Notes: generated by a model not told the origin, from the letters alone. DNA of 64,000 nt from an uncultured Candidatus Rokubacteria bacterium (GCA_963708025.1 CAVPSB010000032.1:192001-256000); one strand, 5' to 3'; positions 9,557 to 19,800 are shown, numbered from the stretch's first letter. Translations and numbers: made by a program.

Positions 9557-11461
9557 CTAGCGCGCGACTTCGCGGAGGATGCGCTTGTCCCCGACGCGGA
9601 CGGTGAGCCGCTGGCCGTCGAGGTATTCCAGGAGGGGGATCGCGTACTTCCGGGTGATGCCGAGAAGGTCCTTCATGTCTTGCGGGGTGATCTCCTTGCG
9701 CTCGCGCAGGAAGGCGGCCACGCGGCTCCCGGCGTCACGCAGCGGCGCGGCGTGGAAGTAGAGGCCTTCCTTGACCCGCACCAGACGGCGCTCGTCGAGG
9801 AGCACCTGGAGCAGCGCCTGGTCCTCGGCCCGGCTCATGTGGAGCTTCGCGAAGGCCTCCTCGGCGCTCGGCGGCGCGACACCGGCCTCCCGGAACTCGG
9901 CCTCCAGCCGGTCGAGGAGCGCCTGCTGCTGGGGGTCGAGCCGCACCTGATGCTCGGCGAGGCGCACTTTGTCCTTCTCCACCGCGATGGCGCCGGCGGC
10001 GGCAAAGCGATCGAGGAGCGGCAGGAACACCCGCTCGTCGAGCCCGCCGAGCCGCGTGCGCAGCTCTTCCTTCGACATGCCCGGCTTCAGCGGCTCTCGT
10101 GCGTGGAAGGCGCCGAGGGCGGCGACCGCCTCGTCCCGGAGCCGTTGGGCGGCGTCGGCGTGGACGTACCACTCCCGGTCCACGAGCAGGACGCGGCCCC
10201 GGGCCGTGAGGTCGGCGAGGACGCCGCGCAGCGCCGTCGGGCCGAAGGGCGTCCGGGCCCGCAGGTCGGCGGTCCGCGCTCCGCCCGGCCCCACGCGCCG
10301 GACGTGCTCCTCGATCACGGCCGGTGGCTCGCCGCGCTCGAGCACGGCCAGCCGGGCCAGGAGCGCCGGGCTGCGGCGGGCCTTGGGCGGCGCCACGTCC
10401 AGGAGCTCCCCGCCGCCGATCGTGACCATCGGTGAATAGCTCCGGATGACGTACCGGTCCCGGGGGAGCGCGACCACCGGGGCTTCGAGCCGGACCTGCA
10501 CGTAGCCACGGCCGCCCGGCTCGAGCTCGTTCCCGTCGAGCAGGTGGACGCGGGCCATGACCTCGCTCGTCCCGATGTGGAACCGCACGCGCTGGCGGGT
10601 CTTCAGCGGGGCCGGGGCGTCGGCCAGGAGCTCGCAGGTGGCGTCGAGCATGAACGTCGGCCGGAGCAGACCGGGGAGCGAGAGCACGTCGCCCCGCTCG
10701 ATCGCCGCCCGCTCCGTGCCCTGGAGGTTCACCGCGGTCCGCTGGCCGGCCACCGCGGCCAACACCGCCTGGCCGTGGGTCTGGAGTCCGCGCACCTTGG
10801 CCGAGATCTCCCGTGGGTAGACCTCGACGCGCTCGTCCACCGCGACCTGGCCGGCCGCCACGGTGCCGGTCACCACGGTGCCGAACCCGCGGATCGTGAA
10901 GACGCGGTCGATCGGCAGCCGGAACGTCGCGTCGGTGCTCCGCGCCGGAACCGCCCGGGCCAGCTCCGCAAGCTGGCGGCGCAGAGCGTCCAGGCCCTCG
11001 CCCGTCTTGGCCGACACGGGGACGATGGGGCGACCCTCGAGGAAGGTCCCGCGGAGAAAGCCCCGCACGTCCTCGGTCACCAGCTCGAGCCAGTCCGGCT
11101 CCGCCATGTCGGCCTTGGTGAGGACCGTCAGGCCACTCGTGATGCGGAGAAGCTGGCAGATCGCCAGGTGCTCCCGGGTCTGCGGCATCACCCCCTCGTC
11201 CGCCGCCACCACGAGCATGACGAGGTCGATCCCGCCGACGCCGGCCAGCATGTTCTTGACGAAGCGCTCGTGGCCGGGGACGTCCACGACCCCGAGGGTG
11301 AGGCCGTCGCCCAGGTCCAGGTGGGCGAAGCCGATGTCGATGGTGATGCCGCGCTCCTTCTCCTCCTTCAGCCGGTCGGGGTCGATCCCGGTCAGCGCGC
11401 GGACCAGGGTGGACTTCCCGTGGTCGATGTGGCCGGCGGTCCCGGCGACGACGTGCCGCAC
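9557..11461 (-). CDS. selB: Selenocysteine-specific elongation factor
   Basis: [34 protein letters not shown]-terminal winged-helix [13 protein letters not shown]. Confidence 0.97.
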   Translation of the reverse strand: MRHVVAGTAGHIDHGKSTLVRALTGIDPDRLKEEKERGITIDIGFAHLDLGDGLTLGVVDVPGHERFVKNMLAGVGGIDLVMLVVAADEGVMPQTREHLAICQLLRITSGLTVLTKADMAEPDWLELVTEDVRGFLRGTFLEGRPIVPVSAKTGEGLDALRRQLAELARAVPARSTDATFRLPIDRVFTIRGFGTVVTGTVAAGQVAVDERVEVYPREISAKVRGLQTHGQAVLAAVAGQRTAVNLQGTERAAIERGDVLSLPGLLRPTFMLDATCELLADAPAPLKTRQRVRFHIGTSEVMARVHLLDGNELEPGGRGYVQVRLEAPVVALPRDRYVIRSYSPMVTIGGGELLDVAPPKARRSPALLARLAVLERGEPPAVIEEHVRRVGPGGARTADLRARTPFGPTALRGVLADLTARGRVLLVDREWYVHADAAQRLRDEAVAALGAFHAREPLKPGMSKEELRTRLGGLDERVFLPLLDRFAAAGAIAVEKDKVRLAEHQVRLDPQQQALLDRLEAEFREAGVAPPSAEEAFAKLHMSRAEDQALLQVLLDERRLVRVKEGLYFHAAPLRDAGSRVAAFLRERKEITPQDMKDLLGITRKYAIPLLEYLDGQRLTVRVGDKRILREVAR

Positions 11462-11462
11462 G

Positions 11463-12890
11463 CTAGGTTCCCTGGACCAGGGACTTCACGGCGGCCACCA
11501 CCGTCCCCACCTCGGCGTCGTCGATCGTGCGGAAGTCGAGGAGCAGCCGATCGTCGGCGATCCGGCCGATGATGGGGGGTCGGCCGTCGCGGAGGCGGGC
11601 GTCCAGGGCCTCGGCCGGGTGGCCGTCGCTCCCGAGCGCGAGCCCGGCGGTGGGCAGCTCGACCGTCGGGAGCGCGCCGCCGCCCACCTGGGCACGATCC
11701 GCGACCACGCGGGCGCCGAGGCGCTCGCGCACCGCGGCCGGCAGCCCGCGGAGACACCGCTGAGCGCGGCGGCGCACGGTGCTCTCGGGCTCGGTGAGCA
11801 TCCGGAGCGTCGGGATCGTCGCCAGCGCTTGGGCCGGCTCCTCGTAGGCGCGGAGCGTCGCCTCCAGCGCCGCCAGGGTCAGCTTGTCGATCCGGAGCGC
11901 CCGGTTCAGCGGGTTCTTCCCGAGCCGCTCGACGAGCGCCTTCCGCCCCACGACGATCCCCGCCTGCGGCCCGCCCAGGAGCTTGTCCCCCGAGAACGTG
12001 ACCAGGTCTGCACCGGCGGCGACGGTCTCCGGGGCCGTCGGCTCGTGCGGGAGCCCGTAGGGCCGGAGGTCGAGGAAGGAACCGGAGCCGAGGTCCTCCA
12101 TCACCGGCACGCTGCGGGTCCGCCCCAGCTCCGCCAGCTCCCGCGTCGTCACGCTCTCGGTGAAGCCGACCACCCGGTAGTTGGAGGGGTGGACCTTCAG
12201 GAGGAGAGCCGTCTCGGGGCCGATCGCCGACGCGTAGTCGGCGAGGCGCGTCCGGTTGGTGGTGCCGACCTCGACGAGACGCGCCCCCGAGCGGGTCATG
12301 ATGTCGGGGATCCGGAAGGCGCCGCCGATCTCGATCAGCTCGCCCCGCGAAACCACCACCTCGCGCCCGCGGGCGAGCGACTCCAGGGCCAGGAGGACCG
12401 CGGCGGCGTTGTTGTTGACGACCAGCGAGGCCTCGGCCCCGGTGAGCCGGCAGAGCAGGCCGTCGACGTGGCTGTAGCGGGAGCCACGCTCCTTGGTCCG
12501 GACGTCGAGCTCGAGGTTGGAGTAGCCGGAGCCGATCAGGGCCAGCCGGGCGAGGGCGGCGCCGCCCAAGGGCGCCCGGCCGAGGTTCGTGTGCAACACT
12601 ACCCCGGTGGCGTTGATGACACGATCGAGACCCCACGCGGCAGCGGCCTCGAGCCGCGTCTCGATCCGGCCCCGCAGCGCGGGCGCCGCGACCGGGATCC
12701 GCTCCAGCTCCTCGGCGGAGCCGGCGGCGAGGACCGCGCGCCGGCTCTCCTCCAGCACGGCGCGTACGGCCTCCACCAGACGTGGCCGCGACAGCGTCTC
12801 CCGCCCGTCCAGCTCGCGCAGGATCTCGTCCACCGAGGGCAGGGCCCGCAGTCGCGCCTGGCGCAGCGACGCCAGCTCCCGCCCGCTCAC
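11463..12890 (-). CDS. selA: L-seryl-tRNA(Sec) selenium transferase
   Basis: [38 protein letters not shown]-lysine motif [13 protein letters not shown]. Confidence 0.97.
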   Translation of the reverse strand: MSGRELASLRQARLRALPSVDEILRELDGRETLSRPRLVEAVRAVLEESRRAVLAAGSAEELERIPVAAPALRGRIETRLEAAAAWGLDRVINATGVVLHTNLGRAPLGGAALARLALIGSGYSNLELDVRTKERGSRYSHVDGLLCRLTGAEASLVVNNNAAAVLLALESLARGREVVVSRGELIEIGGAFRIPDIMTRSGARLVEVGTTNRTRLADYASAIGPETALLLKVHPSNYRVVGFTESVTTRELAELGRTRSVPVMEDLGSGSFLDLRPYGLPHEPTAPETVAAGADLVTFSGDKLLGGPQAGIVVGRKALVERLGKNPLNRALRIDKLTLAALEATLRAYEEPAQALATIPTLRMLTEPESTVRRRAQRCLRGLPAAVRERLGARVVADRAQVGGGALPTVELPTAGLALGSDGHPAEALDARLRDGRPPIIGRIADDRLLLDFRTIDDAEVGTVVAAVKSLVQGT

Positions 12891-13170
12891 GGCAGCTCCT
12901 TCGCGATCCGATCGCGGATCGCGGCCATCGTCGAGAGTACGTCGCCACGCACGGTGGCCAAGTCCTTCGCGGGTCGTGGCGGTAGCGCCGCAGGAGGTCC
13001 TCGGTGAGGCCTTCCCACAGGGCGGCCAGGTCCGTCCGGCTCCAGCCGGCGTCCCGGGCGAAGCGCGCCCATTCGGCGGCGGTCTCGTCCAGCAACGCCT
13101 CCCGGCGCGAGAGCAGCGCGCTCAGGCGCGATCGCAGGACATCCCAGGAGTCCGGACCGGCGTGACTCAC
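12887..13170 (-). CDS. Small hypothetical helical protein with frameshift near 12972
   Basis: GTG at 13170 overlaps an upstream stop; second frame ends ...[10 protein letters not shown] with a GTGA overlap onto the selA start. Confidence 0.5.
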
Positions 13171-13218
13171 CGGCCTACCCTCTGCGGTGTCGATGCGCTG
13201 CCGCTCGGCCCGGGGTGC

Positions 13219-13704
13219 TCATGGCCGGAGCAGGACCCGGACGGTGTCCAGCAGGTTCGCTTCCCATCGGCCGGTGGAGGCGCAGGCAAGCGCCGGGCGC
13301 GCCTTGACCTTGCCGCTTCCCTGCGCGTAGGTCTCCGTCCGCATCCGGGTGTTGACCTGGACCGCCGTCTCGGTCGGCGAGACCGCCTGCACGAAGATGG
13401 TGTAGGCCACCTGGGCATCCCCTTCGACCACCTTGTCGCCGAACCGGCCGCAGTCGGCGTACAGCCCGATCGTCGTCGGCACCGCCTCGGAGGCGATCAC
13501 CCCGGAGTCGCGCGCGATGGCGCGAACCTGGACGTTCTCCTGGGCGAGGGCCCGGACCAGCGCCCGCCACACCGCCTCGTACGGCGCCTCGATCTGCTCC
13601 CGGTGGGGTCCGGGCAGGAGCGGCGCCACGTACGGCTTGCCGCACGCGCCGAGCCCGAGAAGGGCGAGGACCAGGACCCACGACGCGGGTGCCAGGCGGG
13701 ACAT
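13219..13704 (-). CDS. Hypothetical lipoprotein
   Basis: Signal peptide with lipobox LGAC; EAPYEAVWRALVRAL...DSGVIAS alpha/beta pattern. Confidence 0.7.
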   Translation of the reverse strand: MSRLAPASWVLVLALLGLGACGKPYVAPLLPGPHREQIEAPYEAVWRALVRALAQENVQVRAIARDSGVIASEAVPTTIGLYADCGRFGDKVVEGDAQVAYTIFVQAVSPTETAVQVNTRMRTETYAQGSGKVKARPALACASTGRWEANLLDTVRVLLRP

Positions 13705-13718
13705 TCGGTCCGCCGGGA

Positions 13719-14315
13719 TCAGCGCGGGTGGTGGTCGATCCCGCGGTAGGCGTCGATGAAGCGGGTCACCCGTCGCTCATCGAACTGGTCGAGCTTCTCG
13801 ACGCGCGTCCACGCGGTCAGCGCGATGCAGCGGTCCAGCCCGGGGTACGGGGCCAGGACCACGTGATCGGCGTACCGCCCGACCACGGTCTTGAGCGGGT
13901 CGAGGACCTGGGCCTCGCAGTCGGGCCGGTAGTTGACGACCACCCCGCCGTCCTCCAGGTTGTGGACCTGTAGCTCCTTCGAGAGCGGCTTCCCGTGGAT
14001 CCCCCACGGCGCGATGTAGGGAAGGTGCGGCCCCGAGGTCGGCGGGTCGGAGTTGTAGGGCTGGTGCGGCGTCTCCGGCGTCTGGATGTGGGCGTTGCCC
14101 AGGCTCGGGACGAACTCACCGGGGAGCGGCGCCCACACCCGCGCGTACAGCCAGCCCGCGCCGCCGACCACCAGGATTAGCGCCAGCCCCAGCGCGCCCC
14201 AGCCGAGCCGGCGACGCTGCCGGCGCGTGAGCCGACCCGACCCTTTGTCCGCTTGACCCGTCTTGGCGGCCGCCCGCGGGGGCGCCTTCGGTCCCTTCAA
14301 CTGTCCCTTCACCAT
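13719..14315 (-). CDS. DUF3105 domain membrane-anchored protein
   Basis: AGGAGG RBS, one TM helix, YNSDPPTSGPH, VHNLEDGGVVVNY, IALTAW motifs. Confidence 0.85.
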   Translation of the reverse strand: MVKGQLKGPKAPPRAAAKTGQADKGSGRLTRRQRRRLGWGALGLALILVVGGAGWLYARVWAPLPGEFVPSLGNAHIQTPETPHQPYNSDPPTSGPHLPYIAPWGIHGKPLSKELQVHNLEDGGVVVNYRPDCEAQVLDPLKTVVGRYADHVVLAPYPGLDRCIALTAWTRVEKLDQFDERRVTRFIDAYRGIDHHPR

Positions 14316-14333
14316 CCACGCCCTCCTACCCGG

Positions 14334-14431
14334 TGGCGGAAGCGCGTGGGAGTCGAACCCACCTCGAGCTTGTCTAGAGCCCGACACCGGATTTGAAGTC
14401 CGGGAGGCCCACCGGGATCCTATGCGCTTCC
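14334..14431 (-). tRNA. selC: tRNA-Sec (UCA)
   Basis: GGAAGCGC/GCGCTTCC 8-bp acceptor stem, anticodon arm CCGGAC-TTCAA-ATCCGG, long variable arm, 5-bp T stem around TTCGACT, GCCA end. Confidence 0.97.
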
Positions 14432-14455
14432 TCGTGAGGAAAATCCGTAGGATGC

Positions 14456-14484
14456 AGTCTACCATCCCCGGCGAGATCGGGCAA
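14456..14484 (-). promoter_or_regulatory. Putative sigma70 promoter of selC
   Basis: TTGCCC-N17-TAGACT with TG extended -10, about 25 nt upstream of the tRNA. Confidence 0.5.
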
Positions 14485-14489
14485 AAGCG

Positions 14490-14660
14490 GGACGATTGTG
14501 CCCGCCAGCTTCCGTCCGGCGTCGCGGAGATCCCGCTCACTCACGATGTTGTCGCCCTCGAAGAGCGAGCGGGTCTTGCGCCCGGTCAGCATCATCGCCA
14601 CGCGCTCCGGGACGCCGGCCCGCATCTGGTTGCGGACGGCGGTGCGCCGGAAGTCGGGGG
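14490..14660 (-). pseudogene. C-terminal relic of a tyrosine recombinase (phage-type integrase)
   Basis: [51 protein letters not shown] resembles the box II pattern HDFRRT...TGHKT.S.F.RYNIV, with the His, His and Tyr positions altered. No N-terminus. Confidence 0.8.
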
Positions 14661-14887
14661 ACCCGCCCGGGCAGCCGGCGCGGCTGCAGGCGCTGACCTA
14701 CATCAAGGCCACCCTCGTGAGCGTCCGCCCGGTGCTGCGAAGGCCCGGCTCGCCGACCACGCTGGACCGCTCGGAGAGCGCGCGCATCGTGGCCGCTGCG
14801 GGTCCGGGCAGGCGCCGGCCGGCCGGGGAGCCGGAGATGAGGATCGTCAGCCGGGCGAGCGGGACATGGCGGCGCCGGCAGAGCTCG

Positions 14888-15142
14888 TCAGAGCGATGCG
14901 GCGGCTCGCGTCAGCAGGGCCAGCGCCGTCCCCATCCCGGTCTGCCGGCGGTCGGCCATGCGACGATCCGCTGGAATGGCCTCCTGACGCGACCGGCGCT
15001 CTCCGACCCGGCGATCCTGGATGACCTCCACGTTCTCGGCGCACTCCAGGACGTGAGCCAGACTGAACAACAGCGGAGTCTCTCCGCGCCTCACCACCAC
15101 GAGATAGCGTCCGTCTGCCAGCACCGGGGCGTTCATGAGCAC
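14888..15142 (-). CDS. Small hypothetical protein with [DE]RR repeats
   Basis: RBS GAAGGGGG before the start; VEVIQDRRVGERRSRQEAIPADRRMADRRQ. Confidence 0.55.
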   Translation of the reverse strand: MLMNAPVLADGRYLVVVRRGETPLLFSLAHVLECAENVEVIQDRRVGERRSRQEAIPADRRMADRRQTGMGTALALLTRAAASL

Positions 15143-15224
15143 CCCCTTCTCATATGGGATCGGGCCCTCGGCGGCCCCCTCCAGATGGGCGGGATGCTAC
15201 GCCCTCACATGCGGAGGCGTCAAT

Positions 15225-15486
15225 CGGGCCCAGGCCCTCGAAGACGCGCCAGCCGCAGTTGCCGCCCGCCGTGATCACATCGATCTCCTCGATCGTGTCC
15301 TGGCCGACGTCCCCCAGCCAGATCTCGCCGGTGGCGCGGTCGAACGAGAAGCGGAACGGGTTGCGGAGCCCGAGGGCGAAGATCTCGTCGCGCCCGGGGC
15401 TGGCGCCGACGAACGGGTTCGAGGGCGGCGACGAGTAGGACTGCCCCGGCCCCGCGGGCCGGTCCACGTCGATGCGGAGGAGCTTC
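15225..15486 (-). pseudogene. Internal fragment of a PQQ-dependent glucose/sorbosone dehydrogenase
   Basis: KLLRIDVD...NPFVG...[36 protein letters not shown]...[11 protein letters not shown]. Both ends missing. Confidence 0.8.
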
Positions 15487-15711
15487 GACGGCTACGTCGA
15501 CCGCCTGCAGGACGCCACGGTCGAACTGGTGGGCCTGGATGCCGGGGGGCGGGTCGTGAGCCGAGCCATCACCCTTCTGACCCCCCGGGCCTTCGCCGGC
15601 GACCGGCTCTGGCCGTTCCGGCTCCGGCTCACCCCGGCCGGCAGCGAGGCGCGCTTCAGGACCCGGGTGGCCGAGTTCAACTGGAAGGTCGAGCCCTTCG
15701 CCGGCCGCTGA
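15487..15711 (+). pseudogene. C-terminal fragment of a beta-rich hypothetical protein
   Basis: LQDATVELVGLDAGGRVVSRA...FRTRVAEFNWKVE, codon-like GC3 pattern, abutting the dehydrogenase fragment head to head. Confidence 0.45.
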
Positions 15712-15715
15712 GTTA

Positions 15716-15842
15716 CTTCGGGGGCCTCGGAAGACCCCCCCATGCCCCCCTTCGGAGGCCGCGGCGAAGCCGCGGCTCGAAGTGGAACGCCAGGGCCGCG
15801 GGCTGCGAGAACCGACCCGCGGTGGGGATGGGAGCCAGGGCA
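15716..15842 (+). repeat. Intergenic repeat family A
   Basis: TCGGGGGCCTCGGAAGACCCCCC...GGAGGCCGCGGCGAAGCCGCGGCTCGAAGTGGAACGCC. Confidence 0.85.
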
Positions 15843-15941
15843 TTTCCTCGGAGGCGCTGAGCCGGAGCGCGGGACGCTCGACGCCCCGGGAATCTCGGCG
15901 GGGTGGGTGTGGTAGGATGCCCCCACGCGCGGAGGACACCG

Positions 15942-16370
15942 ACGGCCAAGGAGATCTCGCCCGTGCACCACGCCGACCGGCGCACCGACGTGCGCATGCC
16001 GTACGCACCCGGCATCGTCGTGCGCCGGGGGCATCTCGTCTTTCTCTCCGGCGTGACCGCCGCCGCCGTGTATCACAGCCATCCTCACCGGGAGGAGGAG
16101 TTCGACCTCCCGCCCACGATGGCCGAGCAGGCCGTGCTGGCCATGGAAAACCTGAAGAAGACGCTGGAGGCGGCCGGCTGCTCCCTGGCCGATCTGGTGT
16201 CGGCCACGCGCTACCTGACGAACGTGAGCGAGCAGGACGACCTCAACCGCGTGTGGGCCCGCTACCTCGGCAGCCACCTCCCCACCACGACCACGGTCGA
16301 AGTGTCGCGGCTCGCCACCCACCCGCGGTGCAAGCTGGAGATCTCCGCCATCGCGGTGACCGACGCCTGA
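15942..16370 (+). CDS. RidA/YjgF/UK114 family protein
   Basis: PYAPGIV, LVFLSGVT, NLKKTLEAAGCSLADLV, PTTTTVEVSRL, LEISAIAV. Start uncertain. Confidence 0.85.
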   Translation, partial: TAKEISPVHHADRRTDVRMPYAPGIVVRRGHLVFLSGVTAAAVYHSHPHREEEFDLPPTMAEQAVLAMENLKKTLEAAGCSLADLVSATRYLTNVSEQDDLNRVWARYLGSHLPTTTTVEVSRLATHPRCKLEISAIAVTDA

Positions 16371-16744
16371 GCGTGACCCTGGCTTCGCGGCGCGCAGCGG
16401 CCGGCTCCCGGCCGCCGCCGCCGCGAGCCTCACCCGGCGCGCGACGGAGCGGCGCTTCATGGACCAGGAAGCCGAGCTCGCGGCCCGGCTGGCCGTGATC
16501 AACGAGCTCGACGCGGCGGTCCGAGCCTCGCGGGCGGCCGGCACCACCGGGGTCTCCGCCCCGGGCCGCGGCTTCGGCCGACTGCTCGGGCGGCTGATCC
16601 GACGCGGCTGAGGCGTTCACCGACTGTCCCGTGAGGCCCGAGTGGAGCTCGGGTCGGCCACCGACCGCCCCTCCCCGATGCTACACTGCTCCCAGCCGAT
16701 GAGTCCCCGGGCCGAACCCGGGGCCGGTCTCGCCGGGAGGCGCC

Positions 16745-18290
16745 GTGCGGCTTCGCTGGAGCGTCCGAAACAAGCTGATCGTCTCCACCCTGGTCCTGCT
16801 GCTCGTCGTGTCGTTCGCCTTCACCGCCGCCTCACTCTACTTCTCGGAGCGGCTCCTGGAGGACGACCTTCGCGACCGGGCCATCGCCTTCGCCCGGGAA
16901 GTGGCCGCCACCATCGGGGACCGGCGCGAATTCGAGAACTCCCGGCTCCTGGATTCCGAGATCCGCCGGATCCTCGAGGCCCGCCGCAACGTGCGGAACA
17001 TCGACATCCTGGCGTTCCCCGACGGCGAGACGTGGCCCCGCCTCCTGGCCTCGAGCGACTTCGCCTGGCGGGCCGCGCTGAGCCCATCCCAGCTTCGCGC
17101 CCTCAAGGAGCGGCAAGTCATCGCCCGCCTGGTCCAGGGGGCGGCCGGCCGACACTGGGAGGCGGTGGCCCCCATCGAGCTGGAGGGCGCGGTGGCGGGG
17201 GCGGTGGCGGTCGAGTTTTCCTTGGCCTTCGCGGACCAGCAGCTCTTCCGGGTGCGGCTGGCGTCGCTCGGCATCACCGGGGCTTCGGTGCTGGTCGCGG
17301 TGCTCCTGGTCGGCCTCGTCGTGCGGCGCGTGGTCGACATCCCGATCCGGCAATTCCTCGGGGTCATCGCGCCGGGTGGAGCGCGGCGCCGGGGACGCCC
17401 GCCTCTCCGTCACCCGCCGGGACGAGTTCGGCACGCTGGCCGCCCACTTCAACCGCATGCTCGAGGAGCTGGAGCGGAACCGCGTGGCCCAGGAGGAGCG
17501 GGTCCGCCAGGCGACCGCCGAGCTGGCCGAGCGTTACGGCGACGTCACCCGACTGAACGAGCTCTTGTTCCAGACCCAGCGGCGCCTCCGGCATTCGGAT
17601 CGGCTGGCCCTCCTGGGCCGGACCATGGCGATGGTCGCGCACGAGGTGGGAACACCCCTTCACTCCATGGCCGGGCATCTCGAGCTGCTGGGCCAGGAGC
17701 TGCCCGGGGAGGTCCTGCGCGGCTCCCCCGAGCGGCGGCTGGCCATCATCCGCTCCCAGCTCACCCGGGTCACCGACACGATCGAGCAGCTCCTGGCCGC
17801 CACTCGCCGGCCGGCCGGGTCCCGGACCCCGGTGGACCTCGTCGGCCTCCTCCGCGAGGTGCTCGACCTGGTCAGCCCCGGCGTCGCCTCCGCTCGGGTC
17901 CGGCTCGAGACCGATCTGGCGCCGCTCCCCCTCGTGGCTGCCGACACTCCCCAGGTCCAGCAGGCCCTCCTCAACGTCATCACCAATGCCCTCGATGCCA
18001 TGCGCGAGGGTGGCACGCTCCGGGTCCGGACCGAGGTCGAGCGGCGGGACGGGACCGAGTGGGCGCGCGTGGCGATCGGCGACACCGGCTCCGGCATCGC
18101 GGCCGATCACCTGAAGCGGATCTTCGAGCCGTTCTTCACGACCAAGGAGCTGGGAAAGGGGGCGGGGCTCGGCCTGTTCATCACCCAGCAGGTCGTCCGC
18201 GACCACGGCGGAGACATCGACGTGGAGACGGGCGAGGGGTCGGGCACGACGTTCTACCTGGCGTTCCCGGGGACGGGGGCCACCCCATGA
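16745..18290 (+). CDS. Membrane sensor histidine kinase (HAMP-HisKA-HATPase) with frameshift near 17372
   Basis: Two TM helices, RRDEFGTLAAHFNRM HAMP, AHEVGTPL H-box, NVITNALDAM, DTGSGI, FEPFFTTK, GAGLGL. Confidence 0.9.
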
Positions 18291-19648
18291 TGCCGGCTCC
18301 GTCGGTCCTGGTCGCGGATGACGACCCGGTGGCGCGGGATCTACTGGCCGAGGTGCTGGTCAAGGAGGGCTATCGGGTCCGGGCCGCGGGGGGCGGCAGC
18401 GAGGCCCTCGACGTCGCCCGCCAGGCTCCGATCGACCTGGCGTTCATCGACCTCCGGATGCCCGACGTGGACGGCCTGGCCGTCCTCCGGGGGCTCCACG
18501 GCATCCGACCCGATACCCCGGTCATCATCCTGACCGCGTTTGCGACGATCGAGACGGCCATGGAGGCGATCCGCGCGGGGGCCTACGACTACCTCTCGAA
18601 GCCCTTTCAGCTCGAGCTGATCCGGCTCCGGGCCCGGCGGGCGCTGGAGGAGCGGCGGCTCCGCTCGGAGAACCTGCGGTACCGGCAGGAGCTGCAGGCG
18701 CGCTTCGCGGTGAAGCACGTGGTCGGGACGAGCCCGTCGATGGTCGAGGTCTACCGCCTGGCCGCTCGGGTGGCCAGCGCGGACATGGCGGTGCTGATCG
18801 TGGGCGAGACCGGGACGGGAAAGGAGCTGATCGCCCGGGCAATCCATGCCGGGAGTCCGAGGGCCGACCGCCCCTTCGTGCCCATCGACTGCAGCGCCTT
18901 GCCGGAGCCGCTCGTCGAGTCGGAGCTGTTCGGCCACGAGCGCGGGGCTTTCACCGGCGCCGTCGCCACCCGGCGCGGCCTCTTCGAGGCAGCCGCTGGG
19001 GGCACGATCTTCCTCGACGAGGTGGGAGAGCTGCCCGCCGCGTTGCAGCCCAAGCTCCTCCGGGTTCTCCAGGAGCACGAGATCCGCCGGGTGGGTGGCA
19101 CCGAGCAGGTGCCGGTGGACGTCCGGGTCATCGCCGCAACCCACCGCGATCTACGGACCCGGGTGACAGCGGGGGACTTCCGGGAAGACCTCTACTTCCG
19201 GCTGAACGTCGTCACCATCCACCTCCCGCCTCTCCGGGAGCGCGTGGCGGACATCCCGCTGCTGGCCCACCACTTCGTGGAGAAGTACGCAACGGCCCGG
19301 CAGCGTCCCGCTCCCGCGCTGTCACCGGAGGCCCTGGCCCGGCTCAGCTCCCATTCGTGGCCGGGGAACGTGCGGGAGCTGGAGAACGTCGTGGAGCGGG
19401 CCGTCACGCTGGTGACGGGCCCGGTTCTCCTCGCCGAGGATCTCGCCCTGGAGGGGGTGGCACCGGCACCGGCGGCGGGCCCCGTCCTCCCCGGGCCACG
19501 GATGAGCCTCGATGAAGTCAAGCAGTGGTACGTGCACCACGTGCTCGACGATGCCGGCGGGAACAAGCAGCGGGCCGCCGAGATGCTCGGCGTCGATCGG
19601 CGGACGCTGTACCGGCTCCTGGCCAGGCCGACCGAGGAGGAGGCGTAA
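18287..19648 (+). CDS. Sigma54-dependent response regulator (NtrC/AtoC/ZraR family)
   Basis: REC domain (VADDD, DLRMP, KPF), GETGTGKE, ESELFGHERGAFTGA, WPGNVRELEN, C-terminal Fis-type HTH. Confidence 0.95.
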   Translation: MMPAPSVLVADDDPVARDLLAEVLVKEGYRVRAAGGGSEALDVARQAPIDLAFIDLRMPDVDGLAVLRGLHGIRPDTPVIILTAFATIETAMEAIRAGAYDYLSKPFQLELIRLRARRALEERRLRSENLRYRQELQARFAVKHVVGTSPSMVEVYRLAARVASADMAVLIVGETGTGKELIARAIHAGSPRADRPFVPIDCSALPEPLVESELFGHERGAFTGAVATRRGLFEAAAGGTIFLDEVGELPAALQPKLLRVLQEHEIRRVGGTEQVPVDVRVIAATHRDLRTRVTAGDFREDLYFRLNVVTIHLPPLRERVADIPLLAHHFVEKYATARQRPAPALSPEALARLSSHSWPGNVRELENVVERAVTLVTGPVLLAEDLALEGVAPAPAAGPVLPGPRMSLDEVKQWYVHHVLDDAGGNKQRAAEMLGVDRRTLYRLLARPTEEEA

Positions 19649-19674
19649 CGGCCGGGGCGAGCCCGACCGTCCGC

Positions 19675-19712
19675 TGAGGCATTCCGCCACAGCCTCCGAC
19701 AGGAACGCCACG
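19675..19712. promoter_or_regulatory. Putative tandem upstream activator sites
   Basis: Imperfect palindrome TGAGGC-N5-GCCACA and a second GCCAC half-site about 21 bp downstream, roughly 100 bp before the sigma54 box. Confidence 0.45.
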
Positions 19713-19784
19713 CGGAACCCGCGTGGCGGGCACCCGCCCTGCCGTAACTTCGCGCCGCGTCGTGCGCACCCACTGAACCGGCCG

Positions 19785-19800
19785 TGGCACTGGCCTTGCT
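19785..19800 (+). promoter_or_regulatory. Sigma54 -24/-12 promoter
   Basis: TGGCAC-TGGCC-TTGCT, a consensus match. Confidence 0.85.

Noticed and set aside
15840..15856. TTCCTCGGAGG as an att duplicate of the selC 5' flank (TTCCTCGTGAGG)
   Set aside because: Too short and gapped to be significant in GC-rich DNA.
16459..16611. 50-aa ORF MDQEAELAARLAVINELDAA...
   Set aside because: No RBS or recognisable motif; it may be a gene remnant but cannot be supported.
16745..19648. 967-aa sensor-regulator fusion in the ORF track
   Set aside because: Artifact of a single frameshift near 17372; the kinase core is in another frame and ends in an ATGA overlap with the regulator.
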